Positions 49,397 through 60,507 are shown, counted from the first letter of the stretch. The stretch: 64,000 nucleotides of DNA from Terriglobia bacterium (GCA_963748015.1 CAVVHE010000005.1:480001-544000), one strand, 5' to 3'. The notes: generated by a model not told the origin, from the letters alone. Made by a program: numbers and translations.

Positions 49397-51287
49397 CTAC
49401 CGCCGGTCCCAGTGACTGCGATGCCAGAGCTCGAGGACCATCAGGTTCCAGAGGATCGTTCCGTAGAACGAGGTAGCGTCGATTCGATGATGCTCGACGA
49501 GGGACTCGAGCGTCTTCCTCCGGAAGTACCCCCTGCCGACGCTCCTCGGGCTCAGGACCAGCTCCCGCATCATCTCGTTCAGCGGCGGGTGGTCGCGAAG
49601 CCAGAGGTGGACCGGGAGGCCGAAGCCGTGCTTCGTCTTCGCCAGCGTCTCCCGCGGCAACAGGTCCGAGTAGGCGTTCTTGAAGAACGTGCGCAGGCGC
49701 CTCCCGCGCATCTTGACGCGCGCCGGCACCGACGCCGCGAACTCCGCCAGCCTGTGGTCCAGGAACGGGTAGCGTACCGTGATCCCGGCCGCCTCGCTCG
49801 TCCGCGTCACCTTCAGGATGTCGTTGTCCGAGATCGTGACCTTCAGGTCGAGGTACAGGTGCCGGTCGAGCGGATCGCTCGCGGGCGCGCGAAGGAAGAT
49901 GGCGCTCTCGAAACCGTAGGGATCGTAGTCCCTTCCGACCGCATCGAGCATCCCGTCGTCGAGCGCTTCGGCGAGGGGAACGACCCAGAAGAAGTCGTAC
50001 GACGACATCCGCTCGTGGTACGGCATGCCGGCCCTCGCGATGTACTTCTTGGCCGACACGAAGGGGCCGCGCCGCGTGAGGGCGGCCGCCGCGAACACGG
50101 CCGGCTTCAGGAGCCGCTCTCTAGGCCAGGCCGGGATCCCGTTGTAGTACTCGAACAGGCGCTGCGTCGCGTAGCGCTCGTTTCCGGCGAACAGCTCGTC
50201 GCCGGCGTCTCCCGCGTACATGACGTCGACGCCGTGCTCGAGCGCGACCTTCGCGCAGAAGTACGCGGGCACCGCGGAGGCGTTCGCGAACGGCTCGTCG
50301 AACGCATGAACCAGCACGGGGATCGCCTCGTGGACGGCCGCCGGCGTCACGAAGTGCTCGGTGAGCGGGGACGCGAAGGCCGCGGCGCTGAGGCGGGCGT
50401 AGCGCATCTCGTTGAAGTGCTCCTCGGAGAATCCGATCGAGAAGCTCCTCACCGGCCCGCCGGTCTGCTGCGTGAGCACCCCCGTCACCGTGCTGCTGTC
50501 GACGCCGCCGCTCAGGTACGTCCCGATCCGGTCGCGTGCGCCGTCCGTGGCAAGCCGGACCGAGATCGCCTCCGAGAACCGGCTCCTGAGGGTGCGCGCG
50601 AGCTCCGCCTCAGGGGCGGCGGAGGGAGACCGGAAGTCGAAGTCCCAGTAAGGGCTCACGCGGACCCGCCCCTGCTTGAAGACGAGCAGGTTCCCCGGCG
50701 GGAGCTTCTTGACCTCGCGGAAGATCGTGCCCGGCGTCGGGATGATCGAGGAGCCGAGCACCTGCACGATCGCCTCGGGGTCGATGGTCAGCTCGAGCTT
50801 CATGGGCGCCGCGCGGAGGCTCCGCATCCGCGACGCGAACACGAGACCCCGGCCGTCGTGGTAGTAGAACAGCGGATGCACCCGAAAGCGGTCGGTCGCG
50901 ATCAGGAGCTCCCGCTCTCCCTCGTCCCAGATCGCGATCGCGAACTCCCCTCTCAGCTCTCGCAGCGCGGCCTCGCCCTTCTCCAGGTAGAGGCGCGCGA
51001 CACGCTCGATCCGGGCGGTCCCTTCGGCCTCTTGGGGAAAAACTCCGGCGGTGTCGAAGAGGCTCCCGTGGAGGGCGATCGCCAGCGAGCGCCCCGCACG
51101 CCCGCACCCCGGCCACCCCCGAGAGTCGCCCGCGGAACGGCTGGGCGCCCAGGAGAGCGTTGCCCAGCGCCAGCTCCGAGCCCGCGCCCCCGTCCGGTCC
51201 GGCCAGCTCGCGCAGGGAGGCCGAGAGGGGTGACGGCCCGGCCGGGGCCGTCCGGTCGCTGAACACGACTCCGCAAATCCCGCTCAT
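49397..51287 (-). CDS. Asparagine-synthetase-related protein lacking the N-terminal nucleophile Cys position; N-terminal part frameshifted
   Basis: MSGICG start; YLSGGVDSS, EPFANAS, GDAGDELFAG, RYPFLDH and KHGFGLP. Confidence 0.8.
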
Positions 51288-51344
51288 CGTCCCCGCTTTC
51301 CGCTCGCGTCGTTCCGCCTCATCGTACCCCCACTCCGACCCACC

Positions 51345-52385
51345 TCAGTCGAGCGCCAGCCATCGGGTCAGCGGCGGACCCAGCCGCCGGGTCACCGGCA
51401 CGGGCAGGCGTTTCCACGCCTCGATGAAGATCTTTAGCTTGGGGTTCGACGGGTTGACGTTCGGGATCGTCTGCCCCTCCGCGAGGACGTACTGGTACGC
51501 GAGGGGCGCGGGCTCGAAACCCCAGTGCCGCTTGAAATCGTAGGAGCCGGCGCCCTCGCGGCTCCGGCCGAAGTCGAACACCCGGTACCCGTCGAGACAG
51601 GACTGCCGCATGAGATCCCAGTACATGAAGTCGTTCACGGCGAGGCGAAACGCCTCGGGCCTCGCCGCGCCGTAGTAGGGCATGACGCGATCGCCGTAGT
51701 AGAGCGAGATGACCCCGGACAGCGGGCGACCCTCGTGCCAGATCGTGAGCAGCTGGGCGTCCTTCCCGAAACGGTCCCGGATGGACTCGAACAGGCCGAC
51801 GGAGTACGGGGGGGAGCCGAGCCGGCGGCGGTTCGCGAGGTAGATCTCGTAGAACTCCCCCAGCGCCTCCCATCCCCGCCGGGCCTCGAGATCGTTCTTG
51901 ATTCCCTGGCGGACCATGCGCCGCTGCTTCCTCGGGATCGCCTCGAGGTTGGCCTCGGGGTCGGCCTCGATCGGCTTCGTGAAGACCGTGTAGAGGGTCT
52001 TCGTGGGCAGCCCCTCCGCCGGGGCGTGCAGGTTGCGCAGCTCGACGAAGCGCGTCTTGAGCCGGGTCACGAGATGCCGGGCCTCGTCGAGGAGCGCGTC
52101 GCGGGCGGCGGGATCGGCCCCGCAGACGCCGCCGTAGACCCCGCAGGGAACCGAGATCAGCGAGCGGCCGGAAAGGAGGCCGCGGACCTCGAACAGCGGC
52201 AGCACGCCCAGGATCTCGGCGCCTTCCGCGGCGATGAGGTAGTGGGGCCGGTGCCGGAATACGTCCTCGACGACCCGCTTCCAGGCGGACAGGTGGAAGA
52301 CCGTGCCGTCGGGAGACGACCGCACGAAGCGATCCCAGACGCCCTCGTCCTCGAATCCGCGCTCTCCCAGCAGATGGATGTTCAA
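51345..52385 (-). CDS. FemAB-related protein, PEP-CTERM/XrtA locus type (TIGR03019-like)
   Basis: TTG 52385 with GGAGG RBS; GTVFH..WKRV, IPRKQRRMVR, FDFGRS..G..FKRHWGF and NPSNPK. Confidence 0.9.
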   Translation of the reverse strand: MNIHLLGERGFEDEGVWDRFVRSSPDGTVFHLSAWKRVVEDVFRHRPHYLIAAEGAEILGVLPLFEVRGLLSGRSLISVPCGVYGGVCGADPAARDALLDEARHLVTRLKTRFVELRNLHAPAEGLPTKTLYTVFTKPIEADPEANLEAIPRKQRRMVRQGIKNDLEARRGWEALGEFYEIYLANRRRLGSPPYSVGLFESIRDRFGKDAQLLTIWHEGRPLSGVISLYYGDRVMPYYGAARPEAFRLAVNDFMYWDLMRQSCLDGYRVFDFGRSREGAGSYDFKRHWGFEPAPLAYQYVLAEGQTIPNVNPSNPKLKIFIEAWKRLPVPVTRRLGPPLTRWLALD

Positions 52386-52413
52386 AGGGTACCGACCTCC
52401 GTCGACGCGGCCG

Positions 52414-53301
52414 CTAGGCCGTGAGCGGGTTCGCTGTCTCCCACTCGTCCAGAACCTGGCGCATCGGAGCAAAGGCGTGCCGCTTGACGAGGCCGCGGAG
52501 CTTGCCGGCCGTCGTTCCGAGCCCCCAGTAGTGCCGCAGACGGCTGGCGAGCGGCGCCGCGATGCGGGGCTGCCCGGGATCGACCTCCCACGGATGGACG
52601 TAGACGACCACCGGCATCCGCTCCCTCCGGTTCAGCCAGTAGACGGCGAACCGGGTAACCGCGGTGGGGTAGATCCGCAGGTAGCCTCCGCCGGCGACCG
52701 GCAGCGTCGCCTTTCCCCGGCCCAGCGTGGACGGAGGCACCTCGAGGAGCGTGGCCCCGCCCGGGGTCGCGAGTCGGTGGATCCTCCGCGGCGCGCCGGG
52801 CATCCCGTACCGGTCGTGCGTGACGGGAAACAAGCTCGAGTCGTACGCGAAGCCGGCCTCCGCCAGCTCGTCGAGCGCCCAGAGGTTCGTGGGGCCGATC
52901 GAGAACGAGGCCGCGCGGTAGCCGAGCACCGGCTGGCCGGAGACGTCCTGCAGGATCCTGCGGGAGAGGCGGGTCTCCTCGCGGAACTCCGCCGGCGTCT
53001 GCTCGTAGACGAGCCGGTGGCTGTACCCGTGCGAGGAGATCTCGTGGCCGCGGCCGGCGATACGCCGGACGAGGGCGGGATGCCGCTCCGCGACCCAGCC
53101 GAGCACGAAGAACGTCGCCTGCACGCCGCACGCGTCGAACAGGTCGAGCAGGCGGCCGGTGTTGGCCTCGACGCGGCTCTCGTGGGATTCCCACGCGTCG
53201 CGGCGCACCGTCCCCGCGAACCCCGAGACCTGGAAGTGCTCCTCCACGTCCACGGTGAGCGCGTTGAGGATCTTTCCGTCACCGGTCGATTTCGAGTTCA
53301 T
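52414..53301 (-). CDS. XrtA-system polysaccharide deacetylase (TIGR03006-like)
   Basis: NALTVDVEEHFQV, ATFFVLGW, GHEISSHGY, GGGYLR and YVHPWEVDPGQPR. Confidence 0.9.
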   Translation of the reverse strand: MNSKSTGDGKILNALTVDVEEHFQVSGFAGTVRRDAWESHESRVEANTGRLLDLFDACGVQATFFVLGWVAERHPALVRRIAGRGHEISSHGYSHRLVYEQTPAEFREETRLSRRILQDVSGQPVLGYRAASFSIGPTNLWALDELAEAGFAYDSSLFPVTHDRYGMPGAPRRIHRLATPGGATLLEVPPSTLGRGKATLPVAGGGYLRIYPTAVTRFAVYWLNRRERMPVVVYVHPWEVDPGQPRIAAPLASRLRHYWGLGTTAGKLRGLVKRHAFAPMRQVLDEWETANPLTA

Positions 53302-53354
53302 CCTGCAAGTCCGCTTTCAAATGGGTAGAATCCGGCCGTCCCGGAAACCGAGAC

Positions 53355-54653
53355 ATGATGCATCGTTCACCGGCAGGCCGCGCCATGAGCACCTCGACCC
53401 GAGCGGCGCGAGCCCTCGAGCGGCGGTGCTGGCCGCTCCTCCTCTCCGTCTGCCGCCGGGACGCCGTGGAGTCCCTTGCGGGCGGGGCCTGGCGCCCCGT
53501 CCCCGACCGCGCCGCCTTGGAGGGCGTCGCCCGCCTCGCCGCGCGCCACAACCTGCTCGGCCTCGTGCTCTCGACGCTCGACCGCGCGGCGCGTCTCGAC
53601 GGGAAGATCGCCCCGGCGCTCCCCGCGGTGTTCTCTCGCCTCCCGCATCTTCGCCGCCGGGCGGCCCTGCTCGAGATACAGCGGGACGTCGTCGCGGAGA
53701 TCCTCCGGAAGTCGGGGGTCGAGCCGGTGTTGCTGAAGGGCGCCGCGCTCCTCGGCACGCTGTACGAAGATCCGACCGAGAGAGACCTCCTGGACGTGGA
53801 CGTGCTGGTGCCCGAGGAGCGCCTCAAGTTCGCCGTTCGCGCGCTGGCGGCGGCGGGGTACGCCGGCCCGGCCACGTGGAAGGAGCTCTGCACGTTTCGA
53901 CGCCATCACTTCCACATTCCGATGGAGTTTCCGAGCGCTCCGACCGTCGAGATCCACTGGGAGCTCTCGAGACCCGACGCCCACTTCCGCCTGAGCGGGA
54001 GCAACGTGTGGGACCGGGCCGTCCGGAACGCCCGGACGGGAGAGCCGGTCCTGCGCGTGCCGACCGCGGAGCACATGATGCTTCACCTCGTGCTCCAGAA
54101 CGTGCAGGAGGGTTTCACCCGGCTCGGGCGCCTCGTGGACATCGACCGGATCGTCGCGACGACCCCCTCGATCGACTGGACCGCGTTCGCGTCGGAGGCG
54201 CGGGAGGGCAACCTCGGATCGCCCGCTGCGCTCTCCCTCCAACTCGCGGGGCGCCTCCTCGGCACAAGGGTTCCCGCGAGCGTCCTGGACGAGCTCCGCC
54301 CCGGTCCGGTGTCCCGCGCTCGCATCTCCCTGCTCCACGCGCTCCGCCCCGCGCCACCCGGGCTTGCGCTCGGCGAGGCCGGACGGAATCTGCTCCATTT
54401 CTGGCTGCTCCCCACCGTCCGGACACGCGTCCCGATGCTGGCCGGGCTTCTCCGACGGGCCCCGGCCTTACCGTCCCTCAAGCCTCGCCCCGGCCTGGTC
54501 CGCCGCATTGGGATGCTGGGGAAGATGGCTGCTCTGGACGCGTGGGCAACCCTCTCCTCCCCGCTGCTGCTTGCGACCCCGGCCGGTAGGGCCAGCACCC
54601 GGCTCTGGTCGATCAAGCGCCCGCCGAGGAGAGAAGGCGCCACGCATCGATGA
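53355..54653 (+). CDS. Nucleotidyltransferase family protein (NTP_transf_5-like)
   Basis: LLKGAAL...R...DVDVLV, VEIHW, MLHL and LVDI motifs; start uncertain. Confidence 0.8.
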   Translation: MMHRSPAGRAMSTSTRAARALERRCWPLLLSVCRRDAVESLAGGAWRPVPDRAALEGVARLAARHNLLGLVLSTLDRAARLDGKIAPALPAVFSRLPHLRRRAALLEIQRDVVAEILRKSGVEPVLLKGAALLGTLYEDPTERDLLDVDVLVPEERLKFAVRALAAAGYAGPATWKELCTFRRHHFHIPMEFPSAPTVEIHWELSRPDAHFRLSGSNVWDRAVRNARTGEPVLRVPTAEHMMLHLVLQNVQEGFTRLGRLVDIDRIVATTPSIDWTAFASEAREGNLGSPAALSLQLAGRLLGTRVPASVLDELRPGPVSRARISLLHALRPAPPGLALGEAGRNLLHFWLLPTVRTRVPMLAGLLRRAPALPSLKPRPGLVRRIGMLGKMAALDAWATLSSPLLLATPAGRASTRLWSIKRPPRREGATHR

Positions 54654-55629
54654 GGGCGGCGGCGGTCTCGAGCGGATCGTGCCGGAGCTTCGGCCCCGCT
54701 CCGAGGAGGTTTCTCCGCACCACCGTGACGCCTCGCGGGCCGCGATCCGGCCACTCGAGCGGGTGAGCGCCCTCGGCGAGGTATCGGTCGAGGGTTCCCG
54801 TGTCGATCGGGCCTTCGTGCACGACGGCGGCGTCCACGATCCGTCCGCCGGCGTGATCGTGAATGATGTCGAGGTGTTCGGCCAGTCCGAGCCCGGCCGC
54901 CTCGCCTCTCTCGCTGACCAGGTTGGCGACCAGGATCACCGCGGCGCGCGTGCGCCGGAGCGCCTCGCCGACCTCCCGCACCACGAGGTTCGGAACGATG
55001 CTCGTGTAAATGCTGCCGGGACCGAGCACCACGAGATCCGCCCTGAGCACGGCCTCCACGACGCCCGGGGTGGGCTTCGCGTCGGGAGGGGCCAGTAGGA
55101 TCCTCCGGATCCTCCTGGGGCTTCTCGTGATCTCGGATTCTCCGACGAGGCTCGATCCGTCCTCGAGGATGGCCTCGAGCCGCACGTCGTCCAGCGTCAC
55201 CGGCAGGATCCGCCCCGCGGTCCGAAGGACGCGGCTCGAAAGCTCGACGGCCTTGAGGAAGCTCCCGGCCCGCTCCGCCAGCGCCGTCAGGATCAGATTT
55301 CCCACGGTGTGGCCGCCGAGCTCGTCGGTGCCGCCGTAGCGGTGCTGGAACAGGTCGGCGAGGACCCCTTCCTCCTCCGAGAGGGCGACCAGGCAGTTCC
55401 TCACGTCGCCGGGGGGGGGCACGCCCATCGTCCGGCGAAGCCTCCCCGAGCTCCCGCCGTCGTCGGTCATCGCGACGACCGCGGTCAGTGCGGCGATGTC
55501 GCCACCGCTCACGAAACCCCGGAGCCCTCGAAGGACGGCGGGCAGCCCCGTGCCGCCACCGAGGGCCACGACGCGGCGCGGTGCCTGCCGCGGCACGGCA
55601 CGGGTCGCGGGGCGGGTGGTGATCGTCAT
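54613..55629 (-). CDS. yvcK: YvcK/GlmR (CofD-like) family protein
   Basis: GGGTGL, TDDGGSSGRLR, PPGDVRNCL, GHTVGNL and GPGSIYTSIVPNL. Confidence 0.88.
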   Translation of the reverse strand: MTITTRPATRAVPRQAPRRVVALGGGTGLPAVLRGLRGFVSGGDIAALTAVVAMTDDGGSSGRLRRTMGVPPPGDVRNCLVALSEEEGVLADLFQHRYGGTDELGGHTVGNLILTALAERAGSFLKAVELSSRVLRTAGRILPVTLDDVRLEAILEDGSSLVGESEITRSPRRIRRILLAPPDAKPTPGVVEAVLRADLVVLGPGSIYTSIVPNLVVREVGEALRRTRAAVILVANLVSERGEAAGLGLAEHLDIIHDHAGGRIVDAAVVHEGPIDTGTLDRYLAEGAHPLEWPDRGPRGVTVVRRNLLGAGPKLRHDPLETAAALIDAWRLLSSAGA

Positions 55630-56460
55630 TTCTCGGAGCTCTTCTGGTAGTAGGAGTGATAGTAGTCGCTGTAGTGGTTGTAGTTCGCCACGCTGAACGC
55701 CACGTCGTTGAAGACCGTGCCGAGAATGCGGGCGGAGGTTATCTGCGCGAGCGCCTGGGTGAAGGCCGTCTTGGGCGTCGAGCCGGACCGGACGACGAGG
55801 ATGACGCCGTCTGCGATGGCACCCAGCGCGTCGGCGTCGGTGAACGGCACGACCGGCGGCGTGTCGACGATGACCCGCTGGTATCCTTCACGCAGCGTCG
55901 CGATCAGGCTCTTGCACGCCTCCGACGAGATCAGATCGACCGGGTTCGCCTCCGGCTTGCCGCCGGGAAGCACCCTCAGCGGAGAGTTCTTGAAGCGGAC
56001 CAGCGCGTGCTCCAGCCCCACGCGGCCGCGGAGAACCTCGCTCAGCCCCAGTGCGGCCTCCGGGTGGATCAGGCGATGGACGGTCGGCCGCCGGAGGTCG
56101 GCGTCCACCAGCACCGTCCGACCGGGGTCGCCCGAGAACGCCAGCGCGAGATTCAACGCCACGAAGGACTTCCCCTCGCGGGGCGCCGCGCTCGTGACCA
56201 CGATGACCTGGGCCGAGTCCTTGTACTCGTTGGCGATCTTGGTCTTCAGCCGCTGGAATTTCTCGGCCGCCACGGACGGGCGCCGACCCGAGCATGACGA
56301 CCGTCGGGGAAGCCAGCAGGGTTCGTGGCACGACCTGCGCCAGCGGCACGCCGGCGGCGAGGCTCTCGACGGCCGCCTCGTCGCTCGCGGCGGCTCCCTC
56401 GCCGGCGGGAGAGGACCCGCCGGGAGGCTCGACACCGAAGCGGAAATCGATCCGGGGCAT
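55626..56460 (-). CDS. CpsD/CapB bacterial tyrosine kinase (frameshift near 56280)
   Basis: TSAAPREGKS, DADLRRP, DTPP, and C-terminal Tyr cluster NYNHYSDYYHSYY. Confidence 0.9.
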
Positions 56461-56469
56461 GCGAACTCC

Positions 56470-57968
56470 CTAGCGCAGAACGACGGCGGCCGTCAGGAGG
56501 ACAACCACCGAGACCGCCGAAAGACCGATGTTCATCAGATGCGCCTGCGCCGGTCCCCGAGGACCGTTTCCGGGACCTGCAGCCGGGGAATGCTCACCAG
56601 GAACGGCACCTCCGCGGAGAGGGAGCGGAGCGTCGCCTCGGAGTTGACGAGGGGCCGGAGGATAACGAGGAGCACCAAGGGCCCCACGAACCCGGCGAGC
56701 CCGATCACGATCGCGACACCGAACACCCGCAGCGGCGCGGGGCTGGTTGGCAGCACGGGAGGAAAGGCGCGCTCGAGGACCTCGAACTGCTCCCCTTTTC
56801 GAGTCTCCTCCATCTCCTGCGATGTTCTCGCGGCCTCGACCTTGGACTGGTACGACTTGTACTGCTCGAGCAGGACGTCGTACCCCTTGCTGAGCTCGGA
56901 CAGCTGGAACTCGATCTGCGGGGTCTGCTCGATGCGCCGCTCGTAGACGGCGATCTCCCCGCGGATCTTCTGCGCCGCCGCCTCGATGTCGGCGACCTGG
57001 CCCTCCATCATGGTGCGCTGCATTCGCATCCCGTCGGCCGGTTTCGACGCGGCGGGGGGTGGCGGCTTCTCGCTCTTGCCGTCGGCCTTGATCGCGGCCC
57101 GGGCCTCGTCCAGCTCCCGCTGCTTCGCCTTGACCTGCGGGTGCTCGTCGGAGTACCGGAGCTTGAGGGTCTGCAGCTCGCGCTCGAGCGCCGTAACGCG
57201 GGCCCCTCCGCTCGACGGGGATGGACCCCTCGGCGCGATCGCCGGCGCCGACTCCGCCTCCTTCTCCATCTCGGTGACGACGCGGAGCGCCTCGCGCGCG
57301 TCGGCGAGCTCGGCCTCCTTCGCTTCGAGGTCCTTCTGACGGGCCGCCAGGAGCTGGAGATTCGCCTGCTGGCGGTCCGCGGTCTCGTACAGATGGGCGC
57401 TCTTGAACTCCGCGATCCTCTTCTCCTGGGCTTCCAGATCGGCGCGAACCCTGGCGGCGATCTCCTGGATCGCCTTGGTCGTCTCGCCCGCGCGGGTGGT
57501 CCGGTACCGGGTGTTCTCCTGGATGTAGAGGTCGGCGAGCGTGTTCACGACGCTCGCGGCCCTGGCCGGGATCACGTCGCGGAAGGAAATCTCGAAGACG
57601 CCGCCGATCACCTGGACGGCGACCCTCCCGCGGATCGACTGGATCAGGCTCTCCATCCCCTCGTTCGCGCTCGGCACCGGCTTGAACTCGCTCTGGATGA
57701 GCTTCTCGAGGAGCGGCCTGCTGAGAACCGCCTGCTCGAGCGAGGCCATTCTCATGGACACATCGTCCACGACCGTCGTGCGGACGAAGTCCTCCGGTAC
57801 CTTCGGGGGAGCGACGAAGATCTTCGTCTTCGCTTGGTAGACCTTCGGGAGATAGTGCATCCCGCAGAGGCCGCCGGCGGCGCCGAGACAGATCCCCGCC
57901 ACGATCGTCCACCAGGACCGCAGGACGCGGTCGAGGATCTCGATCAAGGTGTCGGCGCTGAAGTCCAT
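56470..57968 (-). CDS. Polysaccharide chain-length determinant (Wzz/GumC/Wzc periplasmic part)
   Basis: N-terminal TM, coiled coil, YSDEHPQV, GEQFEVLE..FPP, TM. The track ORF stops at 56535, but a hydrophobic tail (MNIGLSAVSVVVLLTAAVVLR, stop 56470) is probably joined through a 1-bp indel. Confidence 0.88.
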
Positions 57969-57980
57969 GTCCGGAATTCC

Positions 57981-59282
57981 CTAGCCTATCCTACCGAATG
58001 CGTCGCTTCCGACGCCGTAGCCCCGCGGATTCCAGACGAGCCCCACCGCCCCCGACGGCGCGGTGCCCGTGAACGCCGAGTCCCCGCTAACCTGCCGGAC
58101 GTAGATCGCCGTGAGCCGGAGCGAGAGGGCGTTGCGGAACCGTCGCTCGACGCTGCCGCCGCCCGCGATCGTCTGGACGTTGGTCATGGCGCTCTGGGTC
58201 GGCTCTCGCAGGACGTATCGACCGGAGGCGGACCAGAACCAGAGAATCGGGCGGACGTTGCTTACCGTGACCCCGACCGTGGTGTCGGTGGACGTCCCGT
58301 TCAACGTTCCCCCGTTGGACGCGCTCCTGTCCGCCAGTAAGCTGGTCGTGGTGGTCTTTCCCACCTTGGTGATGCTCAAGCCGCCGCGCGCCTGCAACCC
58401 GAGCCCCTGCTCGACGGTTACCGGCCCCCCCGGCTCGCTCGTCTTGCGGCGCTGGAAAGCGCCGACCTGGAAACCGATCGTCACGTTCTTGCCCAATCCG
58501 AGATCGAAAGTCATCGCCAGGTTATGGACTTCCTCCATGCCGGAGACGTCCAGATCGTATCTCGTGTAGCCGTAGACCCAGCCGATCGCTCTGCGGGGGG
58601 ACATCGCCATCCGGATCCCCGCGGTGGCGCCGAGCTCTCGCCGGTCCTCCACCGTGGTCGAGGCCGGCTCCGGGGGGGGCTCCTCAGGAGGCTGCTGCTC
58701 GGGCAGGCCCGAGATCTGGCGAAACCAGTATTGCGAGCCGGTGGCCGTCGCCCCGAGGGACCAGCGACCCGACCCTCGCCGATCGTACCGCAGCGTTCCT
58801 CTCAGCACCTGCCGCGTGACCCTCTGCGAAAGAAAGCGATCCGAGGCATCGACGCTGGACGGGTTCCCCTGGACCTGCCCGTAGTTGTACCCCATTGTGA
58901 AACCCACAGAAGACCGCTGGCCCGCGGGCGAGCTCAGATCCACCCCCAGCGAATGCTCGCTGTGGTCGAGTTCCGAATGAGTACGGTACTTCTCGTAGTA
59001 GCCTCCGTACCGGACTCCGGCCTGCCCGCTCTTCCCATCCCGCCGCAGCGCGAGCGAGACTCCAAGACGGGTCATCCAGTCCGGAGCGATTTGTCCCCCT
59101 CCGGCACCCAGGTACCCGACGTTGCCGGTCCGCGCCTCCTCGACGAAGACCGACGGCAGGAACGCGGTCCGCTGGGCCGTTGCCGGCCGGATGCCGAGGA
59201 CGACGACGCCTAGCAGGACGAGCGGGAGCCTCGAAAGCTCACGGAGCCGGCCGGGAAGAGCGACCCGACGCGCCTGACTCAA
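57981..59282 (-). CDS. Putative outer-membrane beta-barrel protein of EPS export (TIGR03016/BBP2-like position)
   Basis: Signal peptide, alternating amphipathic beta strands, located between the wza-like and chain-length genes. Confidence 0.65.
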   Translation of the reverse strand: MSQARRVALPGRLRELSRLPLVLLGVVVLGIRPATAQRTAFLPSVFVEEARTGNVGYLGAGGGQIAPDWMTRLGVSLALRRDGKSGQAGVRYGGYYEKYRTHSELDHSEHSLGVDLSSPAGQRSSVGFTMGYNYGQVQGNPSSVDASDRFLSQRVTRQVLRGTLRYDRRGSGRWSLGATATGSQYWFRQISGLPEQQPPEEPPPEPASTTVEDRRELGATAGIRMAMSPRRAIGWVYGYTRYDLDVSGMEEVHNLAMTFDLGLGKNVTIGFQVGAFQRRKTSEPGGPVTVEQGLGLQARGGLSITKVGKTTTTSLLADRSASNGGTLNGTSTDTTVGVTVSNVRPILWFWSASGRYVLREPTQSAMTNVQTIAGGGSVERRFRNALSLRLTAIYVRQVSGDSAFTGTAPSGAVGLVWNPRGYGVGSDAFGRIG

Positions 59283-59848
59283 TCGACCACCAACGTATCG
59301 CCGGGCTTCAGGTAAACGTTCTCCTGGCCGCCATCCGCCGAAACGAGCCGCTTGTAATCGAAGCGGACACGGGTCTCCGTCTCGCCGATCTCCCGTATCA
59401 GGGTGACTCGCTTCTTGGAAAACTGCGTGAACCCTCCGGCCGCCGCGAGTGCCTGCAGGAGGCGGGTCGGACGGTTGAAGTTCACGGGACCCTGCTTGTT
59501 TACCTCGCCGAGAACGAACACGCGGAAGCTATTGATCTCCGTCACCGCAACGGACACGTTAGGGTCTTTGATAAACCCGGCCAGACGCGTGGCGACGAGC
59601 TGCCGCACCTGGTCGGGGGTCAGGTCCCTCACCTGCACGTCATTGACCAGCGGGAGCGTGATCTTCCCGTCGGGCCGCACCTTGACGGAGACGGAAAGGT
59701 CCTTCTCCCCCCAGACCGAGACGTTCAGCACGTCCTCGACCCCGATCGTGTAGTCGGGCGAAACGACCGGCTCGGTCCCCGCCGGCGCCTGCGCGAACGA
59801 GGCGCCGGCGACGAGAAAGAGCCCCGCGACCGCCACGAACCACCTCAT
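59279..59848 (-). CDS. Polysaccharide biosynthesis/export protein (Wza-like, Poly_export plus SLBB)
   Basis: YTIGVEDVL, VRPDGKITLPL, VLGEVNKQG, AGGFTQF and LKPGDTLVV. Confidence 0.92.
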   Translation of the reverse strand: MRWFVAVAGLFLVAGASFAQAPAGTEPVVSPDYTIGVEDVLNVSVWGEKDLSVSVKVRPDGKITLPLVNDVQVRDLTPDQVRQLVATRLAGFIKDPNVSVAVTEINSFRVFVLGEVNKQGPVNFNRPTRLLQALAAAGGFTQFSKKRVTLIREIGETETRVRFDYKRLVSADGGQENVYLKPGDTLVVD

Positions 59849-60322
59849 CGCTGACCTCCCGCCGGCGCGGATCCGCGGACACTTCGCCAGCCCGAGGATA
59901 CGTCTACGTAAACCCTTCCCAGAATGTAAATTATAGGGCCCCAGCAGGGGGGGTCAAGCGACGGCGCCGCGTGGGGTTGGCGCGTTTCTTTCCCGGACGC
60001 GAGACCCCGTGCGCCGGTCAATCCGGCGTGTCCGGCCGCGCAACGCCAGGACCCTCCGTCGCGCGCCACCTCGCCGACGAGCCGATCGCGCGACATCTTT
60101 CGGATTTCGACATCCACTGATCAGAGTCCTGGCCCCCAACGCTCCCATCATCGCCGCGAACGGCGCCGAGTGCCACCCGTTCTCCCCGGGTACCTGCTGC
60201 CAAGAAACGTCGGTATTTGCGTTTTTCTTGCTTATTGTCACCGTCTTTCGAAGAGCCGGTCGCGATAATTAATAAGACTATATCGACGATTCCGAGACAC
60301 CTCAGAATGGGTGCAACATTCC

Positions 60323-60351
60323 TTGACAAGGACCCCGCTGCCCCGTAATCT
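60323..60351 (+). promoter_or_regulatory. Sigma70-type promoter upstream of the priming sugar transferase
   Basis: TTGACA (60323-60328), 17-bp spacer, TAATCT (60346-60351), within an AT-richer divergent intergenic region. Confidence 0.6.
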
Positions 60352-60507
60352 TCATGCAGTCTCCAGCGTTGAGACGGCGTGACAAGTTCAGGGTGCGTGT
60401 TCGTTCCGAGGGGGGCTGCACCCAGGAGGTGCAATGATCGCCCGCGGTGAGGACGACGCGTTTTATATTGGCCCGAGGCGGCCTCAACTCGATCCCCGGT
60501 GGTCTCG

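Noticed and set aside
56470..56535. Independent 21-aa membrane peptide gene
   Set aside because: It is better explained as the frameshifted final TM segment of the chain-length determinant.
58660..58705. PEP-containing stretch (PPEEPPPEP) in the beta-barrel protein as a PEP-CTERM signal
   Set aside because: It is an internal Pro-rich loop with no following TM helix or basic tail.
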